Made by a program: the position numbers and the translations under genes
The notes under the pieces: generated by a model
What the model saw: only the letters and a program-made list of their open reading frames with translations
Databases searched by the model: none
Told to the model about the DNA's origin: nothing
Shown here: piece after piece, positions 28,848 through 37,425 of the stretch
Position numbering within the stretch: position 1 is the first letter of the stretch
Layout: each line of letters opens with the position of its first letter
IMG/VR virus record: IMGVR_UViG_3300021197_001654
Span: 9,694 to 73,693 of that record
DNA length: 64,000 bases
From: a virus
Reading direction: 5' to 3' (one strand)

Positions 28848-28975
28848 ACGGGTTCATACTTTGGCTCGAAGCGAACGAGATCCCATACGCCTTGTGGGAC
28901 GTTTGGCACGAACACGGTTGCCTCCACCCGAAGCACCAGCCGTACTGGCTTGGACCACAAGGAGGCGGCAAATGA
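28844..28975 (+). CDS. Early micro-protein MNGFILWLEANEIPY...QGGGK (43 aa), not in ORF track
   Basis: AGGAGG RBS, ATGA coupling on both sides. Confidence 0.6.
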   Translation: MNGFILWLEANEIPYALWDVWHEHGCLHPKHQPYWLGPQGGGK

Positions 28976-29033
28976 GCCTTGACGATCTCCTCCCTCTAGA
29001 AACCTCAATCATTCCAACCACTTAGGAGGCCAC

Positions 29034-29267
29034 ATGGCTCTTTCCAAAGACAACTTCGACTTCGGTCCCGCATTGATCGGTCCAAACACAACACGCACTT
29101 GTGTGTGCTGTGGAGAAACCATCTACGAAGGGCACTGCGCAATCTGGGTTACTACCACCAAAGGCACTAAGTTCTTCTGCGAACCGTGCGTGCCCGACTT
29201 GGCCGGTAATCAAGAAACGTACGAAGACGATCACCGGATCGACGATAACGCCGAGATCCCGTTCTAG
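29034..29267 (+). CDS. Early Zn-finger-like protein
   Basis: CVCC...CEPC; AGGAGG RBS; ends EIPF. Confidence 0.75.
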   Translation: MALSKDNFDFGPALIGPNTTRTCVCCGETIYEGHCAIWVTTTKGTKFFCEPCVPDLAGNQETYEDDHRIDDNAEIPF

Positions 29268-29349
29268 CATTTGATTCCTTTCCGCGCTCATCCGGCTTCG
29301 GTCGGATGGACGTTGTGAGTAATTAAACTCTAACCAACCTGGAGGCTAC

Positions 29350-29622
29350 ATGCTTCGCTTCTTTTTCATTCGTCTACTCCACCAACTCATCGACTCCGTC
29401 GATGACGTTACCTTTAGCACATACAGGGCAGAAGCCGAAGAAACCCTGCGGACTTTCCGAGACGTCACCGTCAAGCAACTCGCGGACTACGACAAAGGGA
29501 TGCCCGACGATTCGACTTTTCTCCGTCATCCAAAAGATCGCAGGGTACACAACGCCAAGCGCGGCGTGTACCTCGCGACCATCGAACTCATCGATGCCAA
29601 GATCGATTCTCTCACCGACTAA
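29350..29622 (+). CDS. Early hypothetical protein
   Basis: GGAGG RBS. Confidence 0.75.
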   Translation: MLRFFFIRLLHQLIDSVDDVTFSTYRAEAEETLRTFRDVTVKQLADYDKGMPDDSTFLRHPKDRRVHNAKRGVYLATIELIDAKIDSLTD

Positions 29623-29645
29623 ACCCTAAACGACCTGGAGGTCAC

Positions 29646-29948
29646 ATGACTTATTCCGAATACACACCCCGTCAATGCTTCACCACCCACGAAGCTATCA
29701 CCGAGCAGATTATCTTGCTTGCCACCAACTCGGCTAACTTCGAGAACTACGCAAAGCACGATGATCACAACGGCAACATCTGCTACGATATCCGCGAGCA
29801 TCACGGCGAAAGTCAAACCAAAGCGCTCATGGATCTCATCGAGGACTACACGACTTTCGTTGTGCGGAGTCCATTCAGCCCAGACGTCGAAGATATCAAA
29901 GTAGTCTACGACAAGTACCGCACTATCCGGTCAATGCTTCTTCGCTAA
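29646..29948 (+). CDS. Early hypothetical protein
   Basis: GGAGG RBS. Confidence 0.75.
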   Translation: MTYSEYTPRQCFTTHEAITEQIILLATNSANFENYAKHDDHNGNICYDIREHHGESQTKALMDLIEDYTTFVVRSPFSPDVEDIKVVYDKYRTIRSMLLR

Positions 29949-29957
29949 ACCCTAACC

Positions 29958-30293
29958 CGTTACACAGCGTAACACTCTGTAACACACTCAGTGTTACGGC
30001 AAACCATAGGTTCTATCTACCTTATTAGTAAGTGTAACACTGTAACACTAATTCCTTAGATAGTACTCCTCGTAGCGTGAGGCTCAGTGGGTTTAACGTA
30101 AGCCTATTACCCACTACCCACTGTCTCCTTACGTATACACACCCTAAAACACAAACCCGTGTTACAGTGTTACACCTCGGCATATGTCAGGTTCAACGCC
30201 GAGTCTCCCGTAACACGCACCATGTTACGCCGTGTAACGCACATCAGAGCATCCGGCCATAAGCCAGGTTCTAACGTGGGTCCGGCGTAACAC
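29958..30293. repeat. Iteron array, candidate replication origin
   Basis: About 12 GTAAC(A/G)C-type repeats in both orientations; perfect 17-bp inverted repeat 30032-30048 / 30159-30175. Confidence 0.75.
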
Positions 30294-30358
30294 TACCTCA
30301 ATCATCAGGCTTTTGCTGGTGATCATAGAAACTTCAACACGACCAGGAGGTCAACATC

Positions 30359-30688
30359 ATGGAAATCGAGATCATCAACTCACAGACCGGCGCGCTGCTG
30401 CTGTGCTCAACAAGAGAACAAGCAAACCTGCACCTCGCGGAACACGAAAACGCAATCGTCGAAGAGGTCGGCATCACCGAAGACGGCATGTACTACATGG
30501 TCGACTACGACGAAGAGCAAATGTTCACCTTGTGTGACGCGTGCAACAACCCCATCGATCCTTCCGGAGATCCAATCTTTCTCGGAGATCCACTGCACGA
30601 ACAAACTCTTCCAGCACCTGACAACGACTGCTCGTACAGCGGGACGTTCTGCTCAGACAACTGCTTCTCCTACCACTACCAACACTAA
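30359..30688 (+). CDS. Early protein with C-terminal Zn finger (CDAC...FCSDNC)
   Basis: AGGAGG RBS. Confidence 0.75.
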   Translation: MEIEIINSQTGALLLCSTREQANLHLAEHENAIVEEVGITEDGMYYMVDYDEEQMFTLCDACNNPIDPSGDPIFLGDPLHEQTLPAPDNDCSYSGTFCSDNCFSYHYQH

Positions 30689-30712
30689 ACACTCACCGAC
30701 CAGGAGGTCAAC

Positions 30713-30874
30713 ATGCCAGACGAAATCATGATCGTACTCAACACCACAGGCGAAATCATCTTCGAGCCATTCTCCATCGAACATGCTTTGGTATGGATCG
30801 ACGATCATTTTCTCAAGATCGTATCCATCGAAGACGACGCCACTGACCTGTCCTACATGGTCATCCCTGTCTAA
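30713..30874 (+). CDS. Early small protein MPDEIMIVLNTTGEII...YMVIPV (53 aa), not in ORF track
   Basis: AGGAGGTCAAC-ATG leader. Confidence 0.7.
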   Translation: MPDEIMIVLNTTGEIIFEPFSIEHALVWIDDHFLKIVSIEDDATDLSYMVIPV

Positions 30875-30899
30875 AACCAAACCGACCAAGGAGGTCAAC

Positions 30900-31175
30900 A
30901 TGACATACTTCATCGAAATCAATTCCTCAAACAACCGTCCCGGAACAACATTGGTAGGTCGCTCGGGTAACCGGGTCGCATCCCGCCTACTACACGAGGT
31001 CAAAGACAATCCAGACTTTGCGTTTCGCAACGAACATACTGCAAACCGGGCTCTCATCGAAGCGATCAACGACCTACGGCTCAAACGAGTCGAAGAAAAC
31101 CGTGGCTTCACAACCGAGTACAAACTCAACTTGCTCAAGCGCCTCAACAACGCTCAATTCATTTCATGTAAATGA
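30900..31175 (+). CDS. Early hypothetical protein
   Basis: AGGAGGTCAAC-ATG leader; start moved to 30900. Confidence 0.72.
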   Translation: MTYFIEINSSNNRPGTTLVGRSGNRVASRLLHEVKDNPDFAFRNEHTANRALIEAINDLRLKRVEENRGFTTEYKLNLLKRLNNAQFISCK

Positions 31176-31291
31176 TTCCACTGCAGGTAAAACATCTCAT
31201 CCAGTAGGTGCCAGATGTTTTCCCTTCTGTGTAATTACGCACACCGCAGTCGGTCGGTCACCGTCACCCTAAAACAAAATCAGGAGTCATC

Positions 31292-31921
31292 ATGACACCA
31301 AGTAAAGAAGCCGCCCTTCGTCGTCGCATCCTCAAGCCTTACTTCCTCACGGTTGACCAGGTTGCGCACTTCTACAAATCCGACTCTGTGACCTACGGGT
31401 TCCGTCGGGTCGAGAAGATTGTCGACGGCAAGAAGGTCATCACGGATTACCCCATTGAGGTTGCCCGTAAGTTGATTAACCCTCAGGACCCAAGCTGCCC
31501 TAACTGGCACTTCCTGACCAACAACCCCGAGACAGCCAGGGAACTCGCTCGTCTACTCCCACGTAGTCAGCGTCCCTGGATGAACGACCAACGTTCTACC
31601 TGGTCATACGGCCTGGAGAAAGATTGGTACGCTGAGCCTGCCTTCTCCATGTCCTACAAGGTACGCGTCAAGGAGTGGACAGGTCGCCCAGGCCCGAGAC
31701 ACGTAGGTCCCTTCTGGGTCCGAACTGCCAAGGCCAAGGCACCCACAACCTTCTGGCTCCAGGGTCGCAAGGTTGAGGCCGGAGACGTCAGCGACCTCCA
31801 GGTAGATACGACCCTCAACGGAGATGAACTCTCATACGTTGAGAAGGTTGCAATGCTCCGCGACAGAAAAGCTTGGTCCGCCGCGGTCCGAGCAGGCGAA
31901 CTTCCCAGCTTCACAGAGTAG
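31292..31921 (+). CDS. Early hypothetical protein (209 aa)
   Basis: AGGAG RBS. Confidence 0.8.
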   Translation: MTPSKEAALRRRILKPYFLTVDQVAHFYKSDSVTYGFRRVEKIVDGKKVITDYPIEVARKLINPQDPSCPNWHFLTNNPETARELARLLPRSQRPWMNDQRSTWSYGLEKDWYAEPAFSMSYKVRVKEWTGRPGPRHVGPFWVRTAKAKAPTTFWLQGRKVEAGDVSDLQVDTTLNGDELSYVEKVAMLRDRKAWSAAVRAGELPSFTE

Positions 31922-32005
31922 AAACCCATTGCATTCTCACCAGGCTCTCGGGTCTGGTGGGTTTGTTGTGCGCTTCAACTTCCCTAAACCAACCAGGAGG
32001 ACAAC

Positions 32006-32392
32006 ATGTCCCGTCGTCAATACAAAGTAATCGTAGCCGGTTCGCGAACAGCAACAGGCCCATCCATCTACTCCCTACTCGAACGCAAGCTCGACTCCAT
32101 ACTCAAAAACAAATCCGTGACTCACGACATCGTGATTGTTTCCGGGACTGCACGTGGCGCGGATCTACTCGGCGAACAATACGCAAAGTCCCGTTCCTTC
32201 CAGGTCGAACGATACCCAGCTGACTGGACCACCTTCGGTAAACGGGCTGGGTACCTTCGCAACGAAGAGATGGCTATGAACGCCGACGCACTCGTAGCTC
32301 TGTGGGATGGTGACTCGCGAGGCACCCAACACATGATCAATCTTGCAGGTAGACATCACTTGCCAACTCGAATCGTTTCCTTAGATCAATAA
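32006..32392 (+). CDS. SLOG superfamily protein (DUF2493/YspA-like)
   Basis: VIVAGSR, IVSGTARGAD, YPADW..GKRAGYLRNEEM, WDGDSRGTQHMI. Confidence 0.9.
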   Translation: MSRRQYKVIVAGSRTATGPSIYSLLERKLDSILKNKSVTHDIVIVSGTARGADLLGEQYAKSRSFQVERYPADWTTFGKRAGYLRNEEMAMNADALVALWDGDSRGTQHMINLAGRHHLPTRIVSLDQ

Positions 32393-32404
32393 CAGGAGTT
32401 CCGC

Positions 32405-32674
32405 ATGGATCCATTCATCTACCTACTTGTCTTCATCCTCACCACAACAACGGCAGTGCTTGCCAACCTGCACTTCGCCGACCAACGTGCCTTGCGCCGT
32501 AAAATAGCTGACCTCACCGAACGACTCGGGACACTACAGTATTACGCGACCGACGCCTGGTTCGACGACGACTACATCGCAGCAAACGACCGCGAGTCCG
32601 CCCGAGTACAACGCCAAATCGATACGCTCACGGAACAGCTTCGCCCCATCCCCACAAACCCTAAACCTTTCTAG
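32405..32674 (+). CDS. Early membrane-anchored coiled-coil protein
   Basis: N-terminal hydrophobic helix; AGGAG RBS. Confidence 0.65.
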   Translation: MDPFIYLLVFILTTTTAVLANLHFADQRALRRKIADLTERLGTLQYYATDAWFDDDYIAANDRESARVQRQIDTLTEQLRPIPTNPKPF

Positions 32675-32682
32675 GATCACAC

Positions 32683-32919
32683 ATGTCTATCTCCCTCACC
32701 AAACCGACCGACACCACCAATCGTTTGACCGCCGACGAACTCGAGAAGATGCAAGACGCCTTAGTCAAACTCAACCACATCACAAGTCGACTCGATGAGA
32801 TTGAACGTGACCTCGCACCGATGCTCAAGCTTCGCGACCACCTCCAAGAACAACGTCGCGTACACACTATCGCTTTCTACCGCGCAATCGGACAACCCGA
32901 CCCCAACCCAAACAGGTAA
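32683..32919 (+). CDS. Early coiled-coil protein
   Basis: AGGA RBS. Confidence 0.65.
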   Translation: MSISLTKPTDTTNRLTADELEKMQDALVKLNHITSRLDEIERDLAPMLKLRDHLQEQRRVHTIAFYRAIGQPDPNPNR

Positions 32920-33017
32920 TCACCTATGATACTACTCTTCCAAGCGTCACTCCTTCTCATCCTCAGCACACTGTTCAGCTTCGCTTACTTCACAGCACTG
33001 GACCCACGGAGAAACTA

Positions 33018-33248
33018 ATGCCCGACCTCAACCCACTCTTCTCGATATACTGGCACGACCCTACCGGACAACAAATCCGAGAGAAGTACCTCGAGCCGAT
33101 CGAGCAATGCAAAGAAGCATTCGACCGCCTAACGCAAGGACCAGCAGCACAGATGGGCCTAGTCAAGTCCATAATAATGACAGACTCATTAGACTGCTTA
33201 GTAGTAAAACTTACCCGCGAACGTGACTCTTGGGTTCGCACCGTCTAA
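33018..33248 (+). CDS. Early hypothetical protein
   Basis: GGAG RBS. Confidence 0.65.
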   Translation: MPDLNPLFSIYWHDPTGQQIREKYLEPIEQCKEAFDRLTQGPAAQMGLVKSIIMTDSLDCLVVKLTRERDSWVRTV

Positions 33249-33277
33249 CAACAACCCAGTATTGCAAAGGAGCAATC

Positions 33278-33679
33278 ATGAACATCGTAATCATCCACGG
33301 AAACCTTGGCGCCGACCCAAAGCCAGGACAAACCAAGTCAGGTCTCGCTGTGTGCAACATGAGCGTCGCCACTAACGAACGCAAGCAAACCGACGGCGAG
33401 TGGGTCGACCACACCGAGTGGCACCAAGTCACCGTCTTCGGCAAGCAAGGCGAAAACTGCAGCAAGCACCTGGCCAAGGGCTCGAAGGTTGTCATCAACG
33501 GCAAGCTCCGTACCCGCAAGTACACCGACAAGAACGGCGTAGAAAAGTACAGCACCGAGATCGTAGCCGACCGGGTTGAGTTCTCAGGCAAGAGCAACAA
33601 CGCTCCAGCCACAACGACAGGCAGCATCCCGTCGTTCAACGGAACCTCATCATACGGCAACGACGAAATACCTTTTTAG
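33278..33679 (+). CDS. ssb: Single-stranded DNA-binding protein (bacterial type)
   Basis: MNIVIIHGNLGADP, TEWHQVTVFGK, LAKGSKVVINGKLRTRKY, acidic tail DEIPF. Confidence 0.96.
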   Translation: MNIVIIHGNLGADPKPGQTKSGLAVCNMSVATNERKQTDGEWVDHTEWHQVTVFGKQGENCSKHLAKGSKVVINGKLRTRKYTDKNGVEKYSTEIVADRVEFSGKSNNAPATTTGSIPSFNGTSSYGNDEIPF

Positions 33680-33683
33680 GGAC

Positions 33684-33966
33684 AAGTAGTTTGCGGTCTG
33701 CTTTACTAAAACCGCACCCTTTATACGAGCCACGCCCAATCGCCATGGGATAGTCGGGGACCGTCCCCCGATGACATGAAGTGAGGTAGCCCCTCACAAC
33801 AAAAAGGTCGGACCCCGAGTGCGCGTTCATTGCGTGCAGGCATACCGCTGGGGTCGGTGCGAGCGGCACCGTAAGAAGTGCGTCTGAACAGGTGCTGGCA
33901 TTATCTGCCAGGAGTAGTCAGGCCGAGGATACTCGGAAGACTCGCCGTCGACGAGGCGACACTTCA
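33684..33966 (+). ncRNA. Candidate structured ncRNA (~290 nt)
   Basis: 5' pseudoknot plus about 8 consecutive or nested stems in an otherwise densely coding region. Confidence 0.6.
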
Positions 33967-33991
33967 CCGCTCACCTTACCCAGGAGCAATC

Positions 33992-34174
33992 ATGCTTGAA
34001 CCAAAAGGCCTCCCATTTAAACCAATCAGCGAATGGACAGACAAAGAACTCCAGCACGCGGTCGATACCGCTCCACACTTCCGCAAGGAAGACACCATCA
34101 ACATGGCGGTGTGGATTGGGTGTCATGCCAGAGACGAACTTGAGAAACGAGCCAATACCAAGGAGCAGTCATGA
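33992..34174 (+). CDS. Early hypothetical protein
   Basis: AGGAGcaatc-ATG, same leader as ssb. Confidence 0.65.
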   Translation: MLEPKGLPFKPISEWTDKELQHAVDTAPHFRKEDTINMAVWIGCHARDELEKRANTKEQS

Positions 34175-34392
34175 CTAACGACGACCGCATCGCCTTGATC
34201 AACGACACAACAACCATCGACTCTCTGAGCTTCGCGCTGGAACGATCGAACGAAACCACGCACGGCGATGGCAACTACGACAACTACTCGCTCGGTGACA
34301 CTCAGATCACCGCGAGCGATTGGCAGCAACATTGGACCAAATCAGACCGCATGTTCGACGAGATGTGGAACGGCACAACAACACAGGAGTGA
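34171..34392 (+). CDS. Early hypothetical protein
   Basis: AGGAG RBS, ATGA coupling. Confidence 0.65.
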   Translation: MTNDDRIALINDTTTIDSLSFALERSNETTHGDGNYDNYSLGDTQITASDWQQHWTKSDRMFDEMWNGTTTQE

Positions 34393-34394
34393 TC

Positions 34395-34685
34395 ATGAAA
34401 GTAGTTATCAATGACTGTTACGGCGGATTCAGCCTAAGCCCCGCAGCCGAGGCCGCATGGGAATCACGCACACAACGCGAGTTCGAATCATGGGATATCC
34501 CACGTCACGACCCAGACCTCGTTGCGATCGTAGAGCTATTCGGCAGAGACGCTGACGGCCCCTACGCTGAACTCACAGTCGAAACAATACCCGGCAACAA
34601 ATACCGGATCCACGAGTACGACGGCGCCGAAACACTTTACACGCCAGAGACCACCAAGTGGATCACCGTTGACAACCCCAAGTAA
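34395..34685 (+). CDS. Conserved phage protein
   Basis: MKVVINDCYGGFSLS...IPRHDPDLVAIVE...YRIHEYDGAE. Confidence 0.8.
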   Translation: MKVVINDCYGGFSLSPAAEAAWESRTQREFESWDIPRHDPDLVAIVELFGRDADGPYAELTVETIPGNKYRIHEYDGAETLYTPETTKWITVDNPK

Positions 34686-34747
34686 AACCATTTTCTGGTT
34701 TGCGTTTTATTTTAATCTATAGTATACCGTATTGGTAAGGAAAGAAC

Positions 34748-35002
34748 ATGAAAGACGACATAACAATCCACGGCGGACCTCACGCATTCGCACCGGGACT
34801 CATCGACTGGTGTATGGGCTGCACCCGTACGACCTTCGACGAGGAAACTCGGGACGTAGGGGCGCGCATGTTCGCCCTGGCCGGGTTCCTACCTGAACTA
34901 TCCGCGCAACACCTACGACAAATCGCACAAAAAACCGTCACCTACTCAATCAATGAAGAGGCAAACACCGTCACCCTACACACCACAGGAACCAACGCAT
35001 GA
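34748..35002 (+). CDS. Early hypothetical protein
   Basis: AAGGA RBS after AT-rich promoter-like gap. Confidence 0.65.
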   Translation: MKDDITIHGGPHAFAPGLIDWCMGCTRTTFDEETRDVGARMFALAGFLPELSAQHLRQIAQKTVTYSINEEANTVTLHTTGTNA

Positions 35003-35448
35003 GAATCACCGACATCGAACTCGAAGCCCTACGCAAATTCAACGGCGGCAAGAACGCCAAGATACTTGCCAACGACCTGGAGCCAGGAACCTACCCAGTC
35101 CAAGTGACATTTACTTTAGCAGGCACACTAACAAAGGACGAACCCGGCACAACGACACGACGCACAACAGCCGGCAGCAACCACATCACTCGGTTCCTCC
35201 TGGACCACGCCAGCCCTAAAATCGTGGACTACCTGATCGCGAACCTACCACGCATCCGCAAGGGCGAGTTCTCAGAATACGACCCACCACGCCTCGAACA
35301 ACTCATGAACATCGTCATGCCATACCAAGAGATTGCAAGACAGGGTTCAACTACGTTCGCCGGCACAGCCATCATCGAGGACAACTACCTCGAAACCGGC
35401 CTGCCCGAAACAGACCACCCTGGCCTACGCCTGATGGCCCGAAGATAA
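34999..35448 (+). CDS. Early hypothetical protein
   Basis: 149 aa, coupled. Confidence 0.7.
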   Translation: MRITDIELEALRKFNGGKNAKILANDLEPGTYPVQVTFTLAGTLTKDEPGTTTRRTTAGSNHITRFLLDHASPKIVDYLIANLPRIRKGEFSEYDPPRLEQLMNIVMPYQEIARQGSTTFAGTAIIEDNYLETGLPETDHPGLRLMARR

Positions 35449-35459
35449 GGAAACCTACT

Positions 35460-35756
35460 ATGAAACTCTACCAAGTATATCGATGGGAAAACGACGAAGG
35501 ACCAACGGTTAGCTTCTACGCCAACAAAGCAGAGGCTACACGAGCAGCCAAAACCTTCGTAAAAGAAACCGACAATGACGCGGCGATAGAAGTATCCGTA
35601 CTCAAACTGCCCACAAAGAAGTCAGAACTAATCGACACATTAAACTGTATAGCCGCAACACGTGCGCACTACAGCGCCACACTGGTTGCATCGTATGACC
35701 CAGAGGAAGTACCTGACTACAACTCCGACAGCTTCTATAACGATGGAAGTGAGTGA
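35460..35756 (+). CDS. Early hypothetical protein
   Basis: AAGGA RBS. Confidence 0.7.
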   Translation: MKLYQVYRWENDEGPTVSFYANKAEATRAAKTFVKETDNDAAIEVSVLKLPTKKSELIDTLNCIAATRAHYSATLVASYDPEEVPDYNSDSFYNDGSE

Positions 35757-36094
35757 TGCCACTTGCATACGTACCACCAGAAGAAGCCTTCGAGGTTTGC
35801 ATTCAGTGTACCGAGGAGCAAATCCAACGGCACTGGCATCAAGTCCCGGTGTACCACGTCTACAAGGGAACCAACTTCCCTGACCCACTTGTCTACTGGT
35901 ACACGTTCGACAAGTGCGAAAGTGAGGACAACGAGTTCGACATCCGAAGCCTGCCCACATGGAGCACCAGGGCTGAGGCGATGGGCTCCCTTAGTGAGCG
36001 CACAAGGTTTCACGAGAGCTTCCTGCAAGAGGCCCTGGACCGTGGACTGGTCCGCATCAACAACAACCAACTGACCACCGAAGGAGGTGAGTGA
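35753..36094 (+). CDS. Early hypothetical protein
   Basis: Coupled ORF. Confidence 0.65.
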   Translation: MMPLAYVPPEEAFEVCIQCTEEQIQRHWHQVPVYHVYKGTNFPDPLVYWYTFDKCESEDNEFDIRSLPTWSTRAEAMGSLSERTRFHESFLQEALDRGLVRINNNQLTTEGGE

Positions 36095-36318
36095 TGACAC
36101 ATGGCATAGCAGTGATGGCCAAGTATCCACCGACTCACCCACGCTACCACGTTTGCCCTGAGTGGCACGCATGGGGCGGCCAGGTCTTCCAAACTAACGA
36201 CCCAAACCTCGAACGCCTCATAGAACAAACCAGTGAGGTCGCTCGACGAACCGGATGCTCAATACGAGTGCAACGACAACCCCTACCCAAAACCACAGAG
36301 GAGACAACATGTCCTTAA
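36091..36318 (+). CDS. Early hypothetical protein
   Basis: GGAGG RBS. Confidence 0.55.
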   Translation: MMTHGIAVMAKYPPTHPRYHVCPEWHAWGGQVFQTNDPNLERLIEQTSEVARRTGCSIRVQRQPLPKTTEETTCP

Positions 36319-36536
36319 ATTTTGACTGGCACATGAATGTACACATCGACAGCGCTGTTGTAGACATCGAAGTCAACTACGCCTGCGTAGAAATAGAGGT
36401 AAACGACTTCAACGCAGACACAGTAGTCACGTTCGACAAAGACATGCTTGACGAATGTCTTGACATCGACAGCCTATTGATACTCCAGGAGCTATGCCGC
36501 GCAGAGTTAGCCCGCCGAAACAAGGACGAAGAATAA
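36309..36536 (+). CDS. Early acidic protein
   Basis: GAGGAG RBS before ATG 36309. Confidence 0.65.
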   Translation: MSLNFDWHMNVHIDSAVVDIEVNYACVEIEVNDFNADTVVTFDKDMLDECLDIDSLLILQELCRAELARRNKDEE

Positions 36537-36814
36537 TGTTTCACATGATCACGGACAACATCCAGGCTTACAGACGTGCAGTCGCAGCTACCGCAACAGC
36601 GAAGTCAATCACCCGACTCAATCCACACAGTACAAACATCGACGAACTCGTCAACTGCCAAGTAGACGAACAACTCAAGCTTGACGGACTGATGAGTATC
36701 ATCGGAGCAGTAATCAAAAAAGCGGCCGCTGAACCACCCCACAACCCGTTCAGTATCAACGGCGATGTCAATCAACCCGACACATCACCACCCCCACCCA
36801 CGAGAAACTCATGA
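36536..36814 (+). CDS. Early hypothetical protein
   Basis: TAATG coupling. Confidence 0.6.
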   Translation: MFHMITDNIQAYRRAVAATATAKSITRLNPHSTNIDELVNCQVDEQLKLDGLMSIIGAVIKKAAAEPPHNPFSINGDVNQPDTSPPPPTRNS

Positions 36815-37014
36815 ACCCACAACTGCACACGACCCAAACATTCGACTTTCGAATCAGCCAGTCAGATGCGGCCCTGCTATTCCAAGCCATCGGTTATGCG
36901 GACAGCGAAAACAACATCAAGAACTGTGTGTCAGACCAGGCTTACCAACGACTGCAGCGGATGTCCCGTCGCTTCGAAGACATTGCCTACACACTCGTCA
37001 CCTACACGGAATAA
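36811..37014 (+). CDS. Early hypothetical protein
   Basis: ATGA coupling. Confidence 0.6.
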   Translation: MNPQLHTTQTFDFRISQSDAALLFQAIGYADSENNIKNCVSDQAYQRLQRMSRRFEDIAYTLVTYTE

Positions 37015-37017
37015 CAA

Positions 37018-37425
37018 ATGACCGGCGAACATGACGACAGCCAACAGTATTACTGCCCACACTGCCTCAAAGACTTCGGTCGAGGCCATCACTGCTGCGA
37101 CTGTGACATAGAAGCAGACCGGCTACCAACTCTACCCAACCAGGTATTAGCTAGATGTACAAACCTCAAGTGTCGTACCCATACCTGGGACCATAATGAC
37201 ATCTCCGACTGGGTCGACCAACATGGACGCATGAGGTTCTACATACCTGAAGAAGATGCAAACACATACAGCGGTGTGATCGACGTCCATCCTTTGATCG
37301 ATCTCGGCACGTACGAATACGCCCACAAAGAAAAGATCTGCTGCTCTCTCTGTAACGAAGGCGCATCCTTTAATTCACTCACGGACCTCATAGTCACAAC
37401 CCAAACCCAACAACAGGCACAGTAA
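37018..37425 (+). CDS. Early Cys-rich (Zn-binding) protein
   Basis: CPHC, CCDC, CTNLKC, CCSLC. Confidence 0.65.
   Translation: MTGEHDDSQQYYCPHCLKDFGRGHHCCDCDIEADRLPTLPNQVLARCTNLKCRTHTWDHNDISDWVDQHGRMRFYIPEEDANTYSGVIDVHPLIDLGTYEYAHKEKICCSLCNEGASFNSLTDLIVTTQTQQQAQ

Noticed and set aside
29958-30293. CRISPR array
   Set aside because: Repeats are 7-8 bp, in both orientations and irregularly spaced
33684-33966. Hammerhead ribozyme or tRNA
   Set aside because: CUGANGA/GAAA core and cloverleaf not found
33878-33991. Upstream extension of ORF 33878-34174
   Set aside because: Strong RBS at ATG 33992; the upstream part is better explained as structured RNA
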